From the NCBI RefSeq assembly GCF_945836005.1, contig NZ_OX241534.1, positions 1,318,275 through 1,350,274 on the forward strand: a DNA stretch of 32,000 nt, in the 5' to 3' direction. The stretch comes from Candidatus Nitrosacidococcus sp. I8 (GTDB lineage Bacteria; Pseudomonadota; Gammaproteobacteria; Nitrosococcales; Nitrosococcaceae). Of this stretch, positions 28,984-32,000 are shown one piece after another. The first letter of the stretch is position 1. Each line of letters opens with the position of its first letter. The notes under the pieces were generated by a model. The model searched no databases. It was given only the letters and a program-made list of their open reading frames with translations, and was not told where the DNA came from. Both the position numbers and the translations under genes were made by a program.

Positions 28984-31815
28984 ATGATGCAAGAACGACA
29001 AAGCCCCCACTTTCAATCTGAATCAATGCTAAACCAATATCAAGTCATTCGTCGTAATGGTAAAACAGTAACTTTTGATCCCAATAAAATTGCTGCTGCT
29101 ATCACTAAAGCATTCTTGGCAGTAGAAGAAGGTAGTACTGAAACAAGCAAACGAATTTCTCAAGTAGTAGATGAACTAACAAAGCAAGTTGTAGAAAGAT
29201 GTATACAACGATTTGAAATAGGTAGAAATATCCATATTGAGGATATTCAAGATCAGGTAGAACTTGCTTTGATGCGTGGAGAGCAATACAAGATAGCACG
29301 TGTCTATATGTTATATCGAGAGAAAAGAGCACAACTTAGAGCAAAAAAAGCAGCTAAAAAGCAAATAGATGAATCTTCATCAATTAATGTGGTGCATACG
29401 GATGGTACAACTACCCCGATAGATAAAACACAGCTTATTAAAATTATAGAAGAAGCTTGCGAGGGTTTGTCTGAAACTCAGCCTCAAGCGATTCTCAATG
29501 AAACTCTGCGTAGTCTTTTTGATGGTATCTCTATAGAAAATGTAGCACGAGCAATGATTATGAGTGCACGTACTTTTATTGAAAAAGATCCTCAATATAG
29601 CTACGTAGCTGCCCGTCTGTTGCTAGATAATCTACGTAGAGAGACACTTTCTTTTGTTTATGGAAAGGAAATCCAATGTACCCAACAAGAAGTAGAACAA
29701 TGCTACCCTGAATATTTTACCTCGTATATTCAACAAGGAATTAAATTAAAGCTTATCGATCCTAAGTTAGGACACTATGATTTGGAACGCTTAGGCAAAG
29801 CAATAGAAGCTCGCCGAGATTTTCAATTTACTTACCTAGGATTACAAACCCTCTACGATCGTTACTTTATTCATACTGAAGATACTAGAATTGAGCTACC
29901 TCAAGCTTTTTTTATGCGAGTTGCTATGGGGCTTGCAATCAATGAAGATGAAAAAGAAGAGTGGGCAATTCGTTTTTACCACCTACTCTCTTCCTTTGAT
30001 TTTATGAGTAGTACACCTACTTTATTTAATTCAGGTACGATAAGACCCCAACTCTCTTCTTGCTATGTAACTACCGTACCTGATGATCTAGAAGGAATTT
30101 ATAATGCTATGAAAGATAATGCTCTTCTTTCTAAATATGCAGGTGGATTAGGCAATGATTGGACTTATGTTCGAGGTATGGGTGCCCATATTCAAGGTAC
30201 TAATGGGAAATCCCAAGGTGTTGTGCCTTTTCTAAAGGTAGCCAATGATACCGCAGTTGCAGTCAATCAGGGAGGGAAACGCAAAGGAGCTGTTTGTGCT
30301 TATTTAGAAGTATGGCATATTGATATTGAGGAATTTTTAGATCTACGAAAAAATACGGGAGATGATCGGCGCCGTACTCATGATATGAATACCTCATGTT
30401 GGGTACCTGATCTCTTTATGAAAAGAGTCATAGAAGATGGTCAGTGGGCTTTATTTTCTCCTGATGAAACCCCAGATCTCCATGACTTAGTAGGTGCTGA
30501 TTTTGAATGTGCTTATCTTGCTTACGAGAAAAAGACAGCAGAAAATCAACTAAAGAATTTTAAAATAATTCCGGCTAAAACTCTATGGCGTAAAATGCTC
30601 TCCATGCTATTTGAGACTGGGCATCCATGGATTACTTTTAAAGATCCGTGTAATATACGCTCCCCTCAACAACATGTAGGGGTTATTCACTCCTCTAACC
30701 TATGTACTGAAATCACCCTAAATACTTCAAAAGAGGAGATCGCAGTATGTAATTTAGGATCAGTGAATCTCCCTCAGCATATTAATGAACACGGTCTTGA
30801 TCACGCCAAGTTAGAACATACAGTTACCCTTGCTATGCGGATGTTAGATAATGTGATCGATTATAACTACTATGCAGTACCTACTGCTCAGAAAGCTAAT
30901 CAACAGCATCGTCCAGTAGGATTAGGGGTTATGGGATTTCAAGATGCTCTATATAAGCTCCGCTATTCTTATGCTTCTCAAGAAGCAGTGCAATTTGCAG
31001 ATTGTTCTATGGAATCTATTAGCTATTATGCAATTCTAGCCTCTAGTAACCTAGCGAAGGAGCGAGGAAGTTATCCTACTTTTCCCGGGTCCCTATGGAG
31101 TAAAGGAATTCTTCCTATAGATTCTATTGATCTTCTAGCTCGTAGTCGCGGTGGTTATTTACAACAAAATCAAGAAAAAACTCTAGACTGGGAAATCCTT
31201 CGAGATCAAGTAAAAACGGTAGGTATGCGTAATTCAAACTGTATGGCAATTGCACCTACTGCAACTATTTCTAATATTTGTGGTGTAAGCCAATCTATTG
31301 AACCTACCTATCAGAATTTGTTTGTTAAGTCTAATCTTTCTGGAGAATTTACAGTTATAAATCCTTATTTAGTTAAGGATTTAAAAAATAAAAACCTTTG
31401 GGATGAAATTATGGTAAACGATTTGAAGTACTTCGATGGTAGTGTACAAGCTATCGATAGGATTCCCGAAGGCATTAAAAAATTATATCTTACTGTTTTT
31501 GAAATAAATCCACACTGGTTAATTGAAGCTGCCTCTAGGCGGCAAAAATGGATTGATCAAGCACAAAGCCTCAATCTTTATATTGCAAATCCTAGTGGCA
31601 AGAAACTTGATAGTCTTTATAAATTTGCTTGGCAACAAGGGTTAAAAACTACCTATTATTTAAGATCTATAGGTGCTACCCATGTTGAAAAAAGCACGAT
31701 TAAGCCAGATAAGACAAGTAAACTCAATGCAGTTCAATCTAACTATGGTATAGAGATACAAAAGCAGGAGCAAGCCTGTTCTGTTTTGGATTCTAATTGC
31801 GAATCCTGCCAATAA
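28984..31815 (+). CDS. nrdA: Class Ia ribonucleotide reductase alpha subunit, long form with two N-terminal ATP-cone-like modules
   Basis: 943 aa. ATP cone VIRRNGKTVTFDPNKIAAAI, followed by a second degenerate cone (VVHTDGTTTPIDKTQLIKII). Catalytic SNLCTEI and C-terminal CESC redox pair. The start could also be Met15 (29026). Confidence 0.96.
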   Translation: MMQERQSPHFQSESMLNQYQVIRRNGKTVTFDPNKIAAAITKAFLAVEEGSTETSKRISQVVDELTKQVVERCIQRFEIGRNIHIEDIQDQVELALMRGEQYKIARVYMLYREKRAQLRAKKAAKKQIDESSSINVVHTDGTTTPIDKTQLIKIIEEACEGLSETQPQAILNETLRSLFDGISIENVARAMIMSARTFIEKDPQYSYVAARLLLDNLRRETLSFVYGKEIQCTQQEVEQCYPEYFTSYIQQGIKLKLIDPKLGHYDLERLGKAIEARRDFQFTYLGLQTLYDRYFIHTEDTRIELPQAFFMRVAMGLAINEDEKEEWAIRFYHLLSSFDFMSSTPTLFNSGTIRPQLSSCYVTTVPDDLEGIYNAMKDNALLSKYAGGLGNDWTYVRGMGAHIQGTNGKSQGVVPFLKVANDTAVAVNQGGKRKGAVCAYLEVWHIDIEEFLDLRKNTGDDRRRTHDMNTSCWVPDLFMKRVIEDGQWALFSPDETPDLHDLVGADFECAYLAYEKKTAENQLKNFKIIPAKTLWRKMLSMLFETGHPWITFKDPCNIRSPQQHVGVIHSSNLCTEITLNTSKEEIAVCNLGSVNLPQHINEHGLDHAKLEHTVTLAMRMLDNVIDYNYYAVPTAQKANQQHRPVGLGVMGFQDALYKLRYSYASQEAVQFADCSMESISYYAILASSNLAKERGSYPTFPGSLWSKGILPIDSIDLLARSRGGYLQQNQEKTLDWEILRDQVKTVGMRNSNCMAIAPTATISNICGVSQSIEPTYQNLFVKSNLSGEFTVINPYLVKDLKNKNLWDEIMVNDLKYFDGSVQAIDRIPEGIKKLYLTVFEINPHWLIEAASRRQKWIDQAQSLNLYIANPSGKKLDSLYKFAWQQGLKTTYYLRSIGATHVEKSTIKPDKTSKLNAVQSNYGIEIQKQEQACSVLDSNCESCQ

Positions 31816-31857
31816 CTATACATCATACTCCACTAAAAATATTTTAAGAGAAATAAA

Positions 31858-32000
31858 ATGTTAAATTGGGAAGATTCTATCGCAGAAGTTAAGAGTGAAA
31901 ATTCTTGGCCTTCCTCATCATACAATGCAAACCATAATTATATGAATTTTGGCTTTGAGAATATCGATATGGGAGCTGCCAGAATTCAAGTAGATGATAA
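31858..32000 (+). CDS. nrdB: Class Ia ribonucleotide reductase beta subunit (5' part only; continues past right edge)
   Basis: ATG at 31858, 42 nt after nrdA. The frame MLNWEDSIAEVKSENSWPSSSYNANHNYMNFGFENIDMGAARIQVDDK stays open to the window end. It resembles the extended N-terminus of Pseudomonas-type NrdB. Confidence 0.75.
   Translation, partial: MLNWEDSIAEVKSENSWPSSSYNANHNYMNFGFENIDMGAARIQVDD

Overview
AT-rich, densely packed gammaproteobacterial chromosome window with about 36 protein genes. I found no rRNA, tRNA, CRISPR array, transposase, integrase or repeat family. Most of it is core metabolism, in blocks whose order is familiar from Pseudomonas/E. coli-type genomes. From left to right: an Rrf2 SUF regulator plus sufBCD (sufD truncated at the left edge); rpe-gph-trpE; an antiparallel fsr-like MFS gene; trpGDC; serB; rimI, a family-4 UDG, leuA, pssA and ilvC-ilvH-ilvI; pyrC; purC-bamC-dapA; gcvR-bcp; and nrdA-nrdB (nrdB truncated at the right edge). 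The lifestyle-defining locus is a complete copper membrane monooxygenase operon in C-A-B order (12484-15465, minus strand). From remembered sequence signatures it looks like a Nitrosococcus-type ammonia monooxygenase (amoCAB) rather than a methanotroph pMMO. This window alone cannot settle that. The best candidate for something undescribed is the tail of that operon: an AmoD/PmoD-like exported metal-site protein, a lipocalin-like lipoprotein and a 4-TM protein, all without assignable function. Secondary items are a terminator-like hairpin between amoC and amoA, unusual residues in AmoA, an unannotated 37-aa membrane peptide, and a family-4 uracil-DNA glycosylase carrying a DNA polymerase III psi (HolD)-like N-terminal peptide in the holD position upstream of rimI. 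All family calls come from reading the translations and from memory of reference proteins. No searches were run.
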